A stretch of DNA of 64,000 nucleotides from Eledone cirrhosa (taxonomy: Eukaryota), in assembly GCA_964016885.1 (NCBI GenBank), contig OZ024743.1, forward strand, positions 117,676,001 through 117,740,000. Direction: 5' to 3'. Positions 12,291-25,293 of the stretch are shown one piece after another; position 1 is the stretch's first letter; every line of letters begins with the position of its first letter. The notes beneath the pieces were generated by a model. The model was not told where the DNA came from. It did no database searches and saw nothing but the letters and a program-made list of their open reading frames with translations. A program made the translations under genes and the position numbers.

Positions 12291-12628
12291 TAATAGTCTA
12301 CTTTTGCTTTAGAAACATTACTAAAAAATCTGTATATTTAGGTTTACAGCTTGCATTTAGAATTATTTGTAACACTAATACATGTTTCAATATATTAGCC
12401 TGATAAAGATTAATTTTGCTTTACGTTATCTAAACCATTTCATCTCTACTGGATTGTTCTTCACCAAAAATCTTCATATTTCTATCTTAAACGAACACTG
12501 ATCATCATCTGATGGAACATATAAAGTGTATGTTATAAAACAAATTCAAATGTTTTAACAATCTAAAATAGATTATATTTATGTTTGTTTAAGTTCTTTC
12601 GTAAATATACATTCAACACGCACCATTG

Positions 12629-12701
12629 ATCCGGCTAGCTCAGTCGGTAGAGCAGGGGACACTTAATCTCAGAGTCCAGGGTTCGTGTCCAACGTTGGGT
12701 G
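12629..12701 (+). pseudogene. TRNAK-CUU: tRNA-Lys(CTT) pseudogene
   Basis: Array copy. Confidence 0.85.
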
Positions 12702-13096
12702 AAAATGGTATTGTTTCCATGATATGTTTTATAAAATTGACATTAATATTAATATTACGAAATAATTATATGGTACATTCATGTATCATGATCAATTGAT
12801 ATTCACCCTAAATATCTAATAGCAAAGCGAAATTTTCAGTGAGTTTTCAAAACATTCTTATATATTTATGAAATTATTTTGCCATAGGTATGATATGAAT
12901 TTACTAATATTAATTTTAGTATATAGAACTTGCAACAGGAATAAGCAAGTTCAATTCAAATATTTATGTTTTACATATAAATTACTCGTTTCTCAATCAT
13001 AAATGATTATATTTCTCGAAGTATTTGTTTAATATAAATATATTGTGGCGATACTGATGTAATTATGACGTCAAATAGAGAGTCACTAGCTGTACA

Positions 13097-13169
13097 GCCG
13101 AAATAGCTCAGTTGGGAGAGCGTTAGACTGAAGATCTAAAGGTCCCCTGTTCAATCCCGGGTTTCGTCA
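13097..13169 (+). tRNA. TRNAF-GAA: tRNA-Phe(GAA), acceptor mismatch
   Basis: Array copy. Confidence 0.78.
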
Positions 13170-13475
13170 TGCATACTTATTATTTTCTCAAATATTTCTA
13201 ATGATTTTGATAGAGAACTATATATGATTTAAATAACAATTAATCGAATGGTTCCTTTGTCAGTCATCAAAAAGTCACTTTTATTTTAGTAGACACCAAA
13301 TAATACCAACTATCAGCAAAACGTCATATAGTTCAGGTGTGTTTTTGAACATTTAGTTCCGATTCAATAAAAGAGGAATATTAGACGACAATATCAGCTA
13401 TTCAGTTTATCAATTCAAATAATGTGTTGAACATTCTAAACGAAACCGTCGATATATGAATGTATAGTAAGAGCT

Positions 13476-13481
13476 GTCTCT

Positions 13482-13515
<34 letters not shown>

Positions 13516-13549
13516 TGAAAGGTTGGTGGTTCAAGTCCACCCAGGGACG
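13476..13549 (+). tRNA. TRNAN-GUU: tRNA-Asn(GTT)
   Basis: Array consensus copy. Confidence 0.9.
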
Positions 13550-13887
13550 TAATAGTCTACTTTTGCTTTAGAAACATTACTAAAAAATCTGTATATTTAG
13601 GTTTACAACTTGCATTTAGAATTATTTGTAACACTAATACATGTTTCAATATATTAGCCTGATAAAGATTAATTTTGCTTTACGTTACCTAAACCATTTC
13701 ATCTCTACTGGATTGTATTTCACCAAAAATCTTCATATTTCTATCTTAAACGAACACTGATCATCATCTGATGGAACATATAAAGTGTATGTTATAAAAA
13801 AAATTCAAATGTTTTAACAATCTAAAGTAGATTATATTTATGTTTGTTTAAGTTCTTTCGTAAATATACATTCAGCACGCACCATTG

Positions 13888-13960
13888 ATCCGGCTAGCTC
13901 AGTCGGTAGAGCAGGAGACACTTAATCTCAGAGTCCAGGGTTCGTGTCCGACGTTGGGTG
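13888..13960 (+). pseudogene. TRNAK-CUU: tRNA-Lys(CTT) pseudogene
   Basis: Array copy. Confidence 0.85.
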
Positions 13961-14355
13961 AAAATGGTATTGTTTCCATGATATGTTTTATAAAATTGAC
14001 ATTAATATTAATATTACGAAATAATTATATGGTACATTCATGTATCATGATCAATTGATATTCACCCTAAATATCTAATAGCAAAGCGAAATTTTCAGTG
14101 AGTTTTCAAAGCATTCTTATATATTTATGAAATTATTTTGCTATAGGTATGATATGAATTTACTAATATTAATTTTAGTATATAGAACTTGCAACAGGAA
14201 TAAGCAAGTTCAATTCAAATATTTATGTTTTACATAAAAATTACTCGTTTCTAAATCATAAATGATTATATTTCTCGAAGTATTTGTTTAATATAAATAT
14301 ATTGTGGCGATACTGATGTAATTATGACGTCAAATAGAGAGTCACTAGCTGTACA

Positions 14356-14428
14356 GCCGAAATAGCTCAGTTGGGAGAGCGTTAGACTGAAGATCTAAAG
14401 GTCCCCTGTTCAATCCCTGGTTTCGGCA
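14356..14428 (+). tRNA. TRNAF-GAA: tRNA-Phe(GAA), weakened T-stem
   Basis: Array copy, CCCTGG. Confidence 0.75.
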
Positions 14429-14734
14429 TGCAGACTTATTATTTTCTCAAATATTTCTAATGATTTTGATAGAGAACTATATATGATTTAAATAACAATT
14501 AATCGAATGGTTCCTTTGTCAGTCATCAAAAAGTCACTTTTATTTTAGTAGACACCAAATAATACCAACTATCAGCAAAACGTCATATAGTTCAGGTATG
14601 TTTTTGAACATTTAGTTCCGATTCAATAAAAGAGGAATATTAGACGACAATATCAGCTATTCAGTTTATCAATTCAAATAATGTGTTGGACATTCTAAAC
14701 GAAACCGTCTATATATGAATGTATAGCAAGAGCT

Positions 14735-14740
14735 GTCTCT

Positions 14741-14774
<34 letters not shown>

Positions 14775-14808
14775 TGAAAGGTTGGTGGTTCAAGTCCACC
14801 CAAGGGCG
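14735..14808 (+). tRNA. TRNAN-GUU: tRNA-Asn(GTT), acceptor variant
   Basis: Array copy, ends CCAAGGGCG. Confidence 0.75.
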
Positions 14809-15146
14809 TAATAGACTACTTTTGCTTTAGAAACATTACTAAAAAATCTGTATATTTAGGTTTACAGCTTGCATTTAGAATTATTTGTAACACTAATACA
14901 TGTTTCAATATATTAGCCTGATAAAGACTAATTTTGCTTTAAGTTACCTAAACCATTTCATCTCTACTGGATTTTATTTCACCAAAAATCATCATATTTC
15001 TATCTTAAACGAACACTGATCATCATCTGATGGAACATATAAAGTGTATGTTATAAAAAAAATTCAAATGTTTTAACAATCTAAAGTAGATTATATTTAT
15101 GTTTGTTTAAGTTCTTTCGTAAATATACATTCAACACGCACCATTG

Positions 15147-15219
15147 ATCCGGCTAGCTCAGTCGGTGGAGCAGGGGACACTTAATCTCAGAGTCCAGGGT
15201 TCGTGTCCAACGTTGGGTG
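15147..15219 (+). pseudogene. TRNAK-CUU: tRNA-Lys(CTT) pseudogene
   Basis: Array copy. Confidence 0.85.
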
Positions 15220-15614
15220 AAAATGGTATTGTTTCCATGATATGTTTTATAAAATTGACATTAATATTAATATTACGAAATAATTATATGGTACATTCAT
15301 GTATCATGATCAATTGATATTCACCCTAAATATCTAATTGCAAAGCGAAATTTTCAGTGAGTTTTCAAAGCATTCTTATATATTTATGAAATTATTTTGC
15401 TATAGGTATGATATGATTTTACTAATATTAATTTTAGTATATAGAACTTGCAACAGGAATAAGCAAGTTCAATTCAAATATTTATGTTTTACATAAAATT
15501 TACTCGTTTCTAAATCATAAATGATTATATTTCTGGAAGTATTTGTTTAATATAAATATAGTGTGGCGATACTGATGTAATTATGACGTCAAATAGAGAG
15601 TCACTAGCTGTACA

Positions 15615-15687
15615 GCCGAAATTGCTCAGTTGGGAGAGCGTTAGACTGAAGATCTAAAGGTCCCCTGTTCAATCCCGGGTTTCGGCA
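15615..15687 (+). tRNA. TRNAF-GAA: tRNA-Phe(GAA), A9T variant
   Basis: Array copy. Confidence 0.8.
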
Positions 15688-15993
15688 TGCAGACTTATTA
15701 TTTTCTCAAATATTTCTAATGATTTTGATAGAGAACTATATATGATTTAAATAACAATTAATCGAATGGTTCCTTTGTCAGTCATCAAAAAGTCACTTTT
15801 ATTTTAGTAGACACCAAATAATACCAACTATCAGCAAAACGTCATATAGTTCAGGTGTGTTTTTGAACATTTAGTTCCGATTCAATAAAAGAGGAATATT
15901 AGACGACAATATCAGCTATTCAGTTTATCATTTCAAATAATGTGTTGAACATTCTAAACGAAACCGTCTATATATGAATGTATAGTAAGAGCT

Positions 15994-16067
15994 GTCTCTG
16001 TGGCGCAATCGGTTAGCGCGTTGGGCTGTTAACTGAAAGGTTGGTGGTGCAAGTCCACTCAGGGACG
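15994..16067 (+). pseudogene. TRNAN-GUU: tRNA-Asn(GTT), defective
   Basis: Anticodon stem TTGGG, T-loop GTGC. Confidence 0.75.
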
Positions 16068-16405
16068 TAATAGTCTACTTTTGCTTTAGAAACATTACTA
16101 AAAAATCTGTATATTTAGGTTTACAGCTTGCATTTAGAATTATTTGTAACACTAATACATGTTTCAATATATTAGCCTGATAAAGATTAATTTTGCTTTA
16201 CGTTACCTAAACCATTTCATCTCTACTGGATTGTATTTCACCAAAAATCTTCATATTTCTATCTTAAACGAACACTGATCATCATCTGATGGAACATATA
16301 AAGTGTATGTTATAAAAAAAATTCAAATGTTTTAACAATCTAAAGTAGATTATATTTATGTTTGTTTAAGTTCTTTCGTAAATATACATTCAACACGCAC
16401 CATTG

Positions 16406-16478
16406 ATCCGGCTAGCTCAGTCGGTAGAGCAGGAGACACTTAATCTCAGAGTCCGGGGTTCGTGTCCAACGTTGGGTG
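16406..16478 (+). pseudogene. TRNAK-CUU: tRNA-Lys(CTT) pseudogene
   Basis: Array copy. Confidence 0.85.
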
Positions 16479-16873
16479 AAAATGGTATTGTTTCCATGAT
16501 ATGTTTTATAAAATTGACATTGATATTAATATTACGAAATAGTTATATGGTACATTCATGTATCATGATCAATTGATATTCACCCTAAATATCTAATTGC
16601 AAAGCGAAATTTTCAGTGAGTTTTCAAAGCATTCTTATATATTTATGAAATTATTTTGCTATAGGTATGATATGACTTTACTAATATTAATTTTAGTATA
16701 TAGAACTTGCAACAGGAATAAGCATGTTCAATTCAAATATTTATGTTTTACATAAAAATTACTCGTTTCTAAATCATAAATGATTATATTTCTCGAAGTA
16801 TTTGTTTAATATAAACATATTGTGGCGATACTGATGTAATTATGACGTCAAATAGAGAGTCACTAGCTGTACA

Positions 16874-16946
16874 GCCGAAATAGCTCAGTTGGGAGAGCGT
16901 TAGACTGAAGATCTAAAGGTCCCCTGTTCAATCCCGGGTTTCGGCA
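16874..16946 (+). tRNA. TRNAF-GAA: tRNA-Phe(GAA)
   Basis: Array consensus copy. Confidence 0.88.
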
Positions 16947-17253
16947 TGCAGACTTATTATTTTTTCAAATATTTCTAATGATTTTGATACAAGAACTATA
17001 TATGATTTAAATAACAATTAATCGAATGGTTCCTTTGTCAGTCATCAAAAAGTCACTTTTATTTTAGTAGACACCAAATAATACCAACTATCAGCAAAAC
17101 GTCATATAGTTTAGGTGTGTTTTTGAACATTTAGTTCCGATTCAATAAAAGAGGAATATTAGACGACAATATCAGCTATTCAGTTTATCAATTCAAATAA
17201 TGTGTTGAACATTCTAAACGAAACCGTCTATATATGAATGTATAGTAAGAGCT

Positions 17254-17327
17254 GTCTCTGTGGCACAATCGGTTAGCGCGTTCGGCTGTTAACTGAAAGG
17301 TTGGTGGTTCAAGTCCACCCAGGGACG
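17254..17327 (+). tRNA. TRNAN-GUU: tRNA-Asn(GTT), D-stem mismatch
   Basis: Array copy, GGCACAA. Confidence 0.8.
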
Positions 17328-17665
17328 TAATAGTCTACTTTTGCTTTAGAAACATTACTAAAAAATCTGTATATTTAGGTTTACAGCTTGCATTTAGAAT
17401 TATTTGTAACACTAATACATGTTTCAATATATTACCCTGATAAAGATTAATTTTGCTTTACGTTACCTAAACCATTTCATCTCTACTGTATTGTATTTCA
17501 CAAAAAATCTTCATATTTCTATCTTAAACGAACACTGATCATCATCTGATGGAACATATAAAGTGTATGTTATAAAAAAAATTCAAATGTTTTAACAATC
17601 TAAAGTAGATTATATTTATGTTTGTTTAAGTCCTTTCGTAAATATACATTCAACACGCACCATTT

Positions 17666-17738
17666 ATCCGGCTAGCTCAGTCGGTAGAGCAGGAGACACT
17701 TAATCTCAGAGTCCAGGGTTCGTGTCCAACGTTGGGTG
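17666..17738 (+). pseudogene. TRNAK-CUU: tRNA-Lys(CTT) pseudogene
   Basis: Array copy. Confidence 0.85.
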
Positions 17739-18133
17739 AAAATAGTATTGTTTCCATGATATGTTTTATAAAATTGACATTAATATTAATATTACGAAAT
17801 AATTATATGGTACATTCATGTATCATGATCAATTGATATTCACCCTAAATGTCTAATAGCAAAGCGAAATTATCAGTGAGTTTTCAAACCATTCTTATAT
17901 ATTTATGAAATTATTTTGCTATAGGTATGATATGAATTTACTAATATTAATTTTAGTATATCCAACTTGCAACAGGAATAAGCAAGTTCAATTGAAATAG
18001 TTATGTTTTACATAAAAATTACTCGTTTCTAAATCATAAATGATTATATTTCTCGAAGTATTTGTTTAATATAAATATATTGTGGCGATACTGATGTAAT
18101 TATGACGTCAAATAGAGAGTCACTAGCTGTACA

Positions 18134-18206
18134 GCCGAAATAGCTCAGTTGGAAGAGCGTTAGACTGAAGATCTAAATGTCTCCTGTTCAATCCCGGGTT
18201 TCGGCA
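18134..18206 (+). tRNA. TRNAF-GAA: tRNA-Phe(GAA), variant
   Basis: Array copy with three substitutions. Confidence 0.72.
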
Positions 18207-18512
18207 TGCAGACTTATTATTTTCTCAAATATTTCTAATGATTTTGATAGAGAACTATATATGATTTAAATAACAATTAATCGAATGGTTCATTTGTCAG
18301 TCATCAAAAAGTCACTTTTATTTTAGTAGACACCAAAGAATACGAACTATCAGCAAAACGTCATATAGTTCAGATGTGTTTTTGAACATTTAGTTCCGAT
18401 TCAATAAAAGAGGAATATTAGTCGACAATATCAGCTATTCAGTTTATCAATTCAAATAATGTGTTGAACATTCTAAACGAAACTGTCTATATATGAATGT
18501 ATAGCAGGAGCT

Positions 18513-18518
18513 GTCTCT

Positions 18519-18552
<34 letters not shown>

Positions 18553-18586
18553 TGAAAGGTTGGTGGTTCAAGTCCACCCAGGGACG
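18513..18586 (+). tRNA. TRNAN-GUU: tRNA-Asn(GTT)
   Basis: Array consensus copy. Confidence 0.9.
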
Positions 18587-18924
18587 TAATAGTCTACTTT
18601 TGCTTTAGAAACATTACTAAAAAATCTGTATATTTAGGTTTACAGCTTGCATTTAGAATTATTTGTAACACTAATACATGTTTCAACATATTACCCTGAT
18701 AAAGATTAATTTCGCTTTACGTTACCTAAACCATTTCATCTCTACTGGATTGTATTTCACCAAAAATCTTCATATTTCTATCTTAAACGAACACTGATCA
18801 TCATCTGATGGAACATATAAAGTTTACGTTATAAACAAAATTGAAATGTTTTAACAATCTAAAGTAGATTATATTTATGTTTGTTTAATTTCTTTCGTTA
18901 ATATACATTCAGCACGCACCATTG

Positions 18925-18997
18925 ATCCGGCTAGCTCAGTATGTAGAGCAGGAGACACTTAATCTCAGAGTCCAGGGTTCGTGTCCAACGTTGGGTG
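18925..18997 (+). pseudogene. TRNAK-CUU: tRNA-Lys(CTT) pseudogene
   Basis: Array copy, D-loop AGTATGTA. Confidence 0.85.
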
Positions 18998-19392
18998 AAA
19001 ATGGTATTCTTTCCATTATATGTTTTATAAAATTGACATTAATATTAATATTACGAAATAATTATATGGTACATTCATGTATCATGATCAATTGATATTC
19101 ACCCTAAATATGTAATAGCAAAGCGAAATTTTCAGTGAGTTTTCAAAACATTCTTATATATTTATGAAATTATTTTGCTATAGGTATGATATGAATTTAG
19201 TAATATTAATTTTAGTATATAGAACTTGCAACAGGAATAAGCAAGTTCAATTCAAATATTTATGTTTTACATAAAAATTACTCGTTTCTAAATCATAGAT
19301 GATTATATTTCTCGAAGTATTTGTTTAATATAAATATATTGTGGCGATACTGATGTAAGTATGACGTCAAATAGAGAGTCACTAGCTGTACA

Positions 19393-19465
19393 GCCGAAAT
19401 AGCTCAGTTGGGAGAGCGTTAGACTGAAGATATAAATGTCCCCTGTTCAATCCCGGGTTAACACA
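19393..19465 (+). pseudogene. TRNAF-GAA: tRNA-Phe(GAA), acceptor stem destroyed
   Basis: 3' end TTAACACA. Confidence 0.8.
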
Positions 19466-19771
19466 TGCAGACGTATTATTTTCTCAAGTATTTCTAATGA
19501 TTTTGATAGAGAACTATATATGATTTAAAGAACAATTAATGGAATGGTTCATTTGTCAGTCATCAAAAAGTCACTTTTATTTTAGTAGACACCAAAGAAT
19601 ACGAACTGTCAGCAAAACGTCATATAGCTCAGGTGTGTTTTTCAACATTTAGTTCCGATTCAATAAAAGAGGAATATTAGACGACAATATCAGCTATTCA
19701 GTTTATCATTTCAAATAATGTGTTGAACATTCTAAACGAAACCGTCTATATATGAATGTATAGTAAGAGCT

Positions 19772-19845
19772 GTCTCTGTGGCGCAATCGGTTAGCGCGTT
19801 GGGCTGTTAACTGAAAGGTTGGTGGTGCAAGTCCACTCAGGGACG
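19772..19845 (+). pseudogene. TRNAN-GUU: tRNA-Asn(GTT), defective
   Basis: Duplicate of 15994-16067. Confidence 0.75.
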
Positions 19846-20183
19846 TAATAGTCTACTTTTGCTTTAGAAACATTACTAAAAAATCTGTATATTTAGGTTT
19901 ACAGCTTGCATTTAGAATTATTTGTAACACTAATACATGTTTCAATATATTAGCCTGATAAAGATTAATTTTGCTTTACGTTACCTAAACCATTTCATCT
20001 CTACTGGATTGTATTTCACCAAAAATCTTCATATTTCTATCTTAAACGAACACTGATCATCATCTGATGGAACATATAAAGTGTATGTTATAAAAAAAAT
20101 TCAAATGTTTTAACAATCTAAAGTAGATTATATTTATGTTTGTTTAAGTTCTTTCGTAAATATACATTCAACACGCACCATTG

Positions 20184-20256
20184 ATCCGGCTAGCTCAGTC
20201 GGTAGAGCAGGAGACACTTAATCTCAGAGTCCGGGGTTCGTGTCCAACGTTGGGTG
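20184..20256 (+). pseudogene. TRNAK-CUU: tRNA-Lys(CTT) pseudogene
   Basis: Array copy. Confidence 0.85.
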
Positions 20257-20651
20257 AAAATGGTATTGTTTCCATGATATGTTTTATAAAATTGACATTG
20301 ATATTAATATTACGAAATAATTATATGGTACATTCATGTATCATGATCAATTGATATTCACCCTAAATATCTAATTGCAAAGCGAAATTTTCAGTGAGTT
20401 TTCAAAGCATTCTTATATATTTATGAAATTATTTTGCTATAGGTATGATATGACTTTACTAATATTAATTTTAGTATATAGAACTTGCAACAGGAATAAG
20501 CATGTTCAATTCAAATATTTATGTTTTACATAAAAATTACTCGTTTCTAAATCATAAATGATTATATTTCTCGAAGTATTTGTTTAATATAAACATATTG
20601 TGGCGATACTGATGTAATTATGACGTCAAATAGAGAGTCACTAGCTGTACA

Positions 20652-20724
20652 GCCGAAATAGCTCAGTTGGGAGAGCGTTAGACTGAAGATCTAAAGGTCC
20701 CCTGTTCAATCCCGGGTTTCGGCA
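20652..20724 (+). tRNA. TRNAF-GAA: tRNA-Phe(GAA)
   Basis: Array consensus copy. Confidence 0.88.
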
Positions 20725-21031
20725 TGCAGACTTATTATTTTTTCAAATATTTCTAATGATTTTGATACAAGAACTATATATGATTTAAATAACAATTAAT
20801 CGAATGGTTCCTTTGTCAGTCATCAAAAAGTCACTTTTATTTTAGTAGACACCAAATAATACCAACTATCAGCAAAACGTCATATAGTTTAGGTGTGTTT
20901 TTGAACATTTAGTTCCGATTCAATAAAAGAGGAATATTAGACGACAATATCAGCTATTCAGTTTATCAATTCAAATAATGTGTTGAACATTCTAAACGAA
21001 ATGGTCTATATATGAATGTATAGTAAGAGCT

Positions 21032-21105
21032 GTCTCTGTGGCACAATCGGTTAGCGCGTTCGGCTGTTAACTGAAAGGTTGGTGGTTCAAGTCCACCCAG
21101 GGACG
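21032..21105 (+). tRNA. TRNAN-GUU: tRNA-Asn(GTT), D-stem mismatch
   Basis: Duplicate of 17254-17327. Confidence 0.8.
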
Positions 21106-21443
21106 TAATAGTCTACTTTTGCTTTAGAAACATTACTAAAAAATCTGTATATTTAGGTTTACAGATTACATTTAGAATTATTTGTAACACTAATACATGT
21201 TTCAATATATTACCCTGATAAAGATTAATTTTGCTTTACGTTACCTAAACCATTTCATCTCTACTGTATTGTATTTCACAAAAAATCTTCATATTTCTAT
21301 CTTAAACGAACACTGATCATCATCTGATGGAACATATAAAGTGTATGTTATAAAAAAAATTCAAATGTTTTAACAATCTAAAGTAGATTATATTTATGTT
21401 TGTTTAAGTCCTTTCGTAAATATACATTCAACACGCACCATTT

Positions 21444-21516
21444 ATCCGGCAAGCTCAGTCGGTAGAGCAGGAGACACTTAATCTCAGAGTCCAGGGTTCG
21501 TGTCCAACGTTGGGTG
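21444..21516 (+). pseudogene. TRNAK-CUU: tRNA-Lys(CTT) pseudogene
   Basis: Array copy. Confidence 0.85.
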
Positions 21517-21911
21517 AAAATAGTATTGTTTCCATGATATGTTTTATAAAATTGACATTAATATTAATATTACGAAATAATTATATGGTACATTCATGTA
21601 TCATGATCAATTGATATTCACCCTAAATGTCTAATAGCAAAGCGAAATTATCAGTGAGTTTTCAAACCATTCTTATATATTTATGAAATTATTTTGCTAT
21701 AGGTATGATATGAATTTACTAATATTAATTTTAGTATATCCAACTTGCAACAGGAATAAGCAAGTTCAATTGAAATAGTTATGTTTTACATAAAAATTAC
21801 TCGTTTCTAAATCATAAATGATTATATTTCTCGAAGTATTTGTTTAATATAAATATATTGTGGCGATACTGATGTAATTATGACGTCAAATAGAGAGTCA
21901 CTAGCTGTACA

Positions 21912-21984
21912 GCCGAAATAGCTCAGTTGGAAGAGCGTTAGACTGAAGATCTAAATGTCCCCTGTTCAATCCCGGGTTTCGGCA
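21912..21984 (+). tRNA. TRNAF-GAA: tRNA-Phe(GAA), variant
   Basis: Array copy. Confidence 0.76.
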
Positions 21985-22290
21985 TGCAGACTTATTATTT
22001 TCTCAAATATTTCTAATGATTTTGATAGAGAACTATATATGATTTAAATAACAATTAATCGAATGGTTCATTTGTCAGTCATCAAAAAGTCACTTTTATT
22101 TTAGTAGACACCAAAGAATACGAACTATCAGCAAAACGTCATATAGTTCAGATGTGTTTTTGAACATTTAGTTCCGATTCAATAAAAGAGGAATATTAGT
22201 CGACAATATCAGCTATTCAGTTTATCAATTCAAATAATGTGTTGAACATTCTAAACGAAACTGTCTATATATGAATGTATAGCAGGAGCT

Positions 22291-22296
22291 GTCTCT

Positions 22297-22330
<34 letters not shown>

Positions 22331-22364
22331 TGAAAGGTTGGTGGTTCAAGTCCACCCAGGGACG
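22291..22364 (+). tRNA. TRNAN-GUU: tRNA-Asn(GTT)
   Basis: Array consensus copy. Confidence 0.9.
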
Positions 22365-22702
22365 TAATAGTCTACTTTTGCTTTAGAAACATTACTAAAA
22401 AATCTGTATATTTAGGTTTACAGCTTGCATTTAGAATTATTTGTAACACTAATACATGTTTCAACATATTACCCTGATAAAGATTAATTTCGCTTTACGT
22501 TACCTAAACCATTTCATCTCTACTGGATTGTATTTCACCAAAAATCTTCATATCTCTATCTTAAACGAACACTGATCATCATCTGATGGAACATATGAAG
22601 TTTACGTTATAAACAAAATTGAAATGTTTTAACAATCTAAAGTAGATTATATTTATGTTTGTTTAATTTCTTTCGTTAATATACATTCAGCACGTACCAT
22701 TG

Positions 22703-22775
22703 ATCCGGCTAGCTCAGTATGTAGAGCAGGAGACACTTAATCTCAGAGTCCAGGGTTCGTGTCCAACGTTGGGTG
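22703..22775 (+). pseudogene. TRNAK-CUU: tRNA-Lys(CTT) pseudogene
   Basis: Array copy. Confidence 0.85.
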
Positions 22776-23170
22776 AAAATGGTATTCTTTCCATGATATG
22801 TTTTATAAAATTGACATTAATATTAATATTACGAAATAATTATATGGTACATTCATGTATCATGATCAATTGATATTCACCCTAAATATGTAATAGCAAA
22901 GCGAAATTTTCAGTGAGTTTTCAAAACATTCTTATATATTTATGAAATTATTTTGCTATAGGTATGATATGAATTTAGTAATATTAATTTTAGTATATAG
23001 AACTTGCAACAGGAATAAGCAAGTTCAATTCAAATAGTCATGTTTTACATAAAAATTACTCGTTTCTAAATCATAAATGATTATATTTCTCGAAGTATTT
23101 GTTTAATATAAATATATTGTGACGATACTGATGTAATTATGACGTCAAATAGACAGTTACTAGCCGTACA

Positions 23171-23243
23171 GCCGAAATAGCTCAGTTGGGAGAGCGTTAG
23201 ACTGAAGATCTAAATGTCCCCTGTTCAATCCCGGGTTAACACA
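23171..23243 (+). pseudogene. TRNAF-GAA: tRNA-Phe(GAA), acceptor stem destroyed
   Basis: 3' end TTAACACA as at 19393. Confidence 0.8.
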
Positions 23244-23549
23244 TGCAGACGTATTATTTTCTCAAGTATTTCTAATGATTTTGATAGAGAACTATATATG
23301 ATTTAAAGAACAATTAATCGAATGGTTCATTTGTCAGTCATCAAAAAGTCACTTTTATTTTAGTAGACACCAAAGAATACGAACTGTCAGCAAAACGTCA
23401 TATAGCTCAGGTGTGTTTTTCAACATTTAGTTCCGATTCAATAAAAGAGGAATATTAGACGACAATATCAGCTATTCAGTTTATCATTTCAAATAATGTG
23501 TTGAACATTCTAAACGAAACCGTCTATATATGAACGTATAGTAGGAGCT

Positions 23550-23555
23550 GTCTCT

Positions 23556-23589
<34 letters not shown>

Positions 23590-23623
23590 TGAAAGGTTGG
23601 TGGTTCAAGTCCACTCAGGGACG
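23550..23623 (+). tRNA. TRNAN-GUU: tRNA-Asn(GTT)
   Basis: Array copy, CCACTC wobble. Confidence 0.85.
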
Positions 23624-23960
23624 CAATAGTCTACTTTTGCTTTAGAAACATTACTAAAAAATCTGTATATTTAGGTTTACAGCTTGCATTTAGAATTATT
23701 TGTAACACTAAGACATGTTTCAATATATTACCCTGATAAAGATTAATTTTCCTTTACGTTACCTAAACCATTTCATCTCTACTGGATTGTATTTCACCAA
23801 AAATCTTCATATTTCTATCTTAAACGAACACTGATCATCATCTGATGGAACATATAAAGTGTATGTTATAAAAAAATTCAAATGTTTTAACAATCTAAAG
23901 TAGATTATATTTATGTTTGTTTAAGTTCTTTCGTAAATATACATTCAGCACGCACCATTT

Positions 23961-24033
23961 ATCCGGCTAGCTCAGTCGGTAGAGCAGGAGACACTTAATC
24001 TCAGAGTCCAGGGTTCGTGTCCAACGTTGGGTG
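23961..24033 (+). pseudogene. TRNAK-CUU: tRNA-Lys(CTT) pseudogene
   Basis: Array copy. Confidence 0.85.
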
Positions 24034-24428
24034 AAAATGGTATTGTTTCCATGATATGTTTTATAAAATTGACATTAATATTAATATTACGAAATAATTA
24101 TATGATACATTCATGTATCATGATCAATTGATATTCACCCTAAATATCTAATAGCAAAGCGAACTTTTCAGTGAGTTTTCAAAACATTCTTATATATTTA
24201 TGAAATTATTTTGCTATAGGTATGATATGAATTTAGTAATATTAATTTTAGTATATAGAACTTGCGACAGGAATAAGCAAGTTCAATTCAAATAGTCATG
24301 TTTTACATAAAAATTACTCGTTTCTAAATCATAAATGATTATATTTCTCGAAGTATTTGTTTAATATAAATATATTGTGACGATACTGATGTAATTATGA
24401 CGTCAAATAGACAGTTACTAGCCGTACA

Positions 24429-24501
24429 GCCGAAATAGCTCAGTTGGGAGAGCGTTAGACTGAAGATCTAAAGGTCCCCTGTTCAATCCTGGGTTTCGGC
24501 A
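24429..24501 (+). tRNA. TRNAF-GAA: tRNA-Phe(GAA)
   Basis: Array copy, CCTGGG. Confidence 0.82.
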
Positions 24502-24807
24502 TGCAGACGTATTATTTTCTCAATTATGTCTAATGATTTTGATAGAGAACTATATATTATTTAAAGAACAATTAATCGAATGGTTCATTTGTCAGTCATC
24601 AAAAAGTCACTTTTATTTTAGTAGACACCAAAGAATTCCAACTATCAGCAAAACGTCATATAGTTCAGGTGTGTTTTTGAACATTTAGTTCCGATTCAAT
24701 AAAAGAGGAATATTAGACGACAATATCAGCTATTCAGTTTATCAATTCAAATTATATGTTGAACATTCTAAACGAAACTGTCTATATATGAATGTTTTGT
24801 AAGAGCT

Positions 24808-24813
24808 GTCTCT

Positions 24814-24847
<34 letters not shown>

Positions 24848-24881
24848 TGAAAGGTTGGTGGTTCAAGTCCACCCAGGGACG
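24808..24881 (+). tRNA. TRNAN-GUU: tRNA-Asn(GTT)
   Basis: Array consensus copy. Confidence 0.9.
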
Positions 24882-25220
24882 TAATAGTCTACTTTTGCTT
24901 TAGAAACATCACTAAAAAATCTGTATATTTAGGTTTACAGCTTGCATTTAGAATTATTCGTAACACTAATACATGTTTCAATATATTACCCTGATAAAGA
25001 TTAATTTTGCTTTACGTCACCTAAACCATTTCATCTCTACTGGATTGTATTTCACAAAAAATCTTCATATTTCTATCTTAAACGAACACTGATCATCATC
25101 TGATGGGACATATAAAGTTTACGTTATAAAAAAAAATTGAAATCTTTTAACAATGTAAAGTAGATTATATTTATGTTTGTTTAAGTTCTTTCGTAAATAT
25201 ACATTCAGCACGCACCATTG

Positions 25221-25293
25221 ATCCAGCTAGCTCAGTAGGTAGAGCAGGAGACACTTAATCTCAGAGTCCAGCGTTCGTGTCCAACGTTGGGTG
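25221..25293 (+). pseudogene. TRNAK-CUU: tRNA-Lys(CTT) pseudogene
   Basis: Array copy. Confidence 0.85.
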
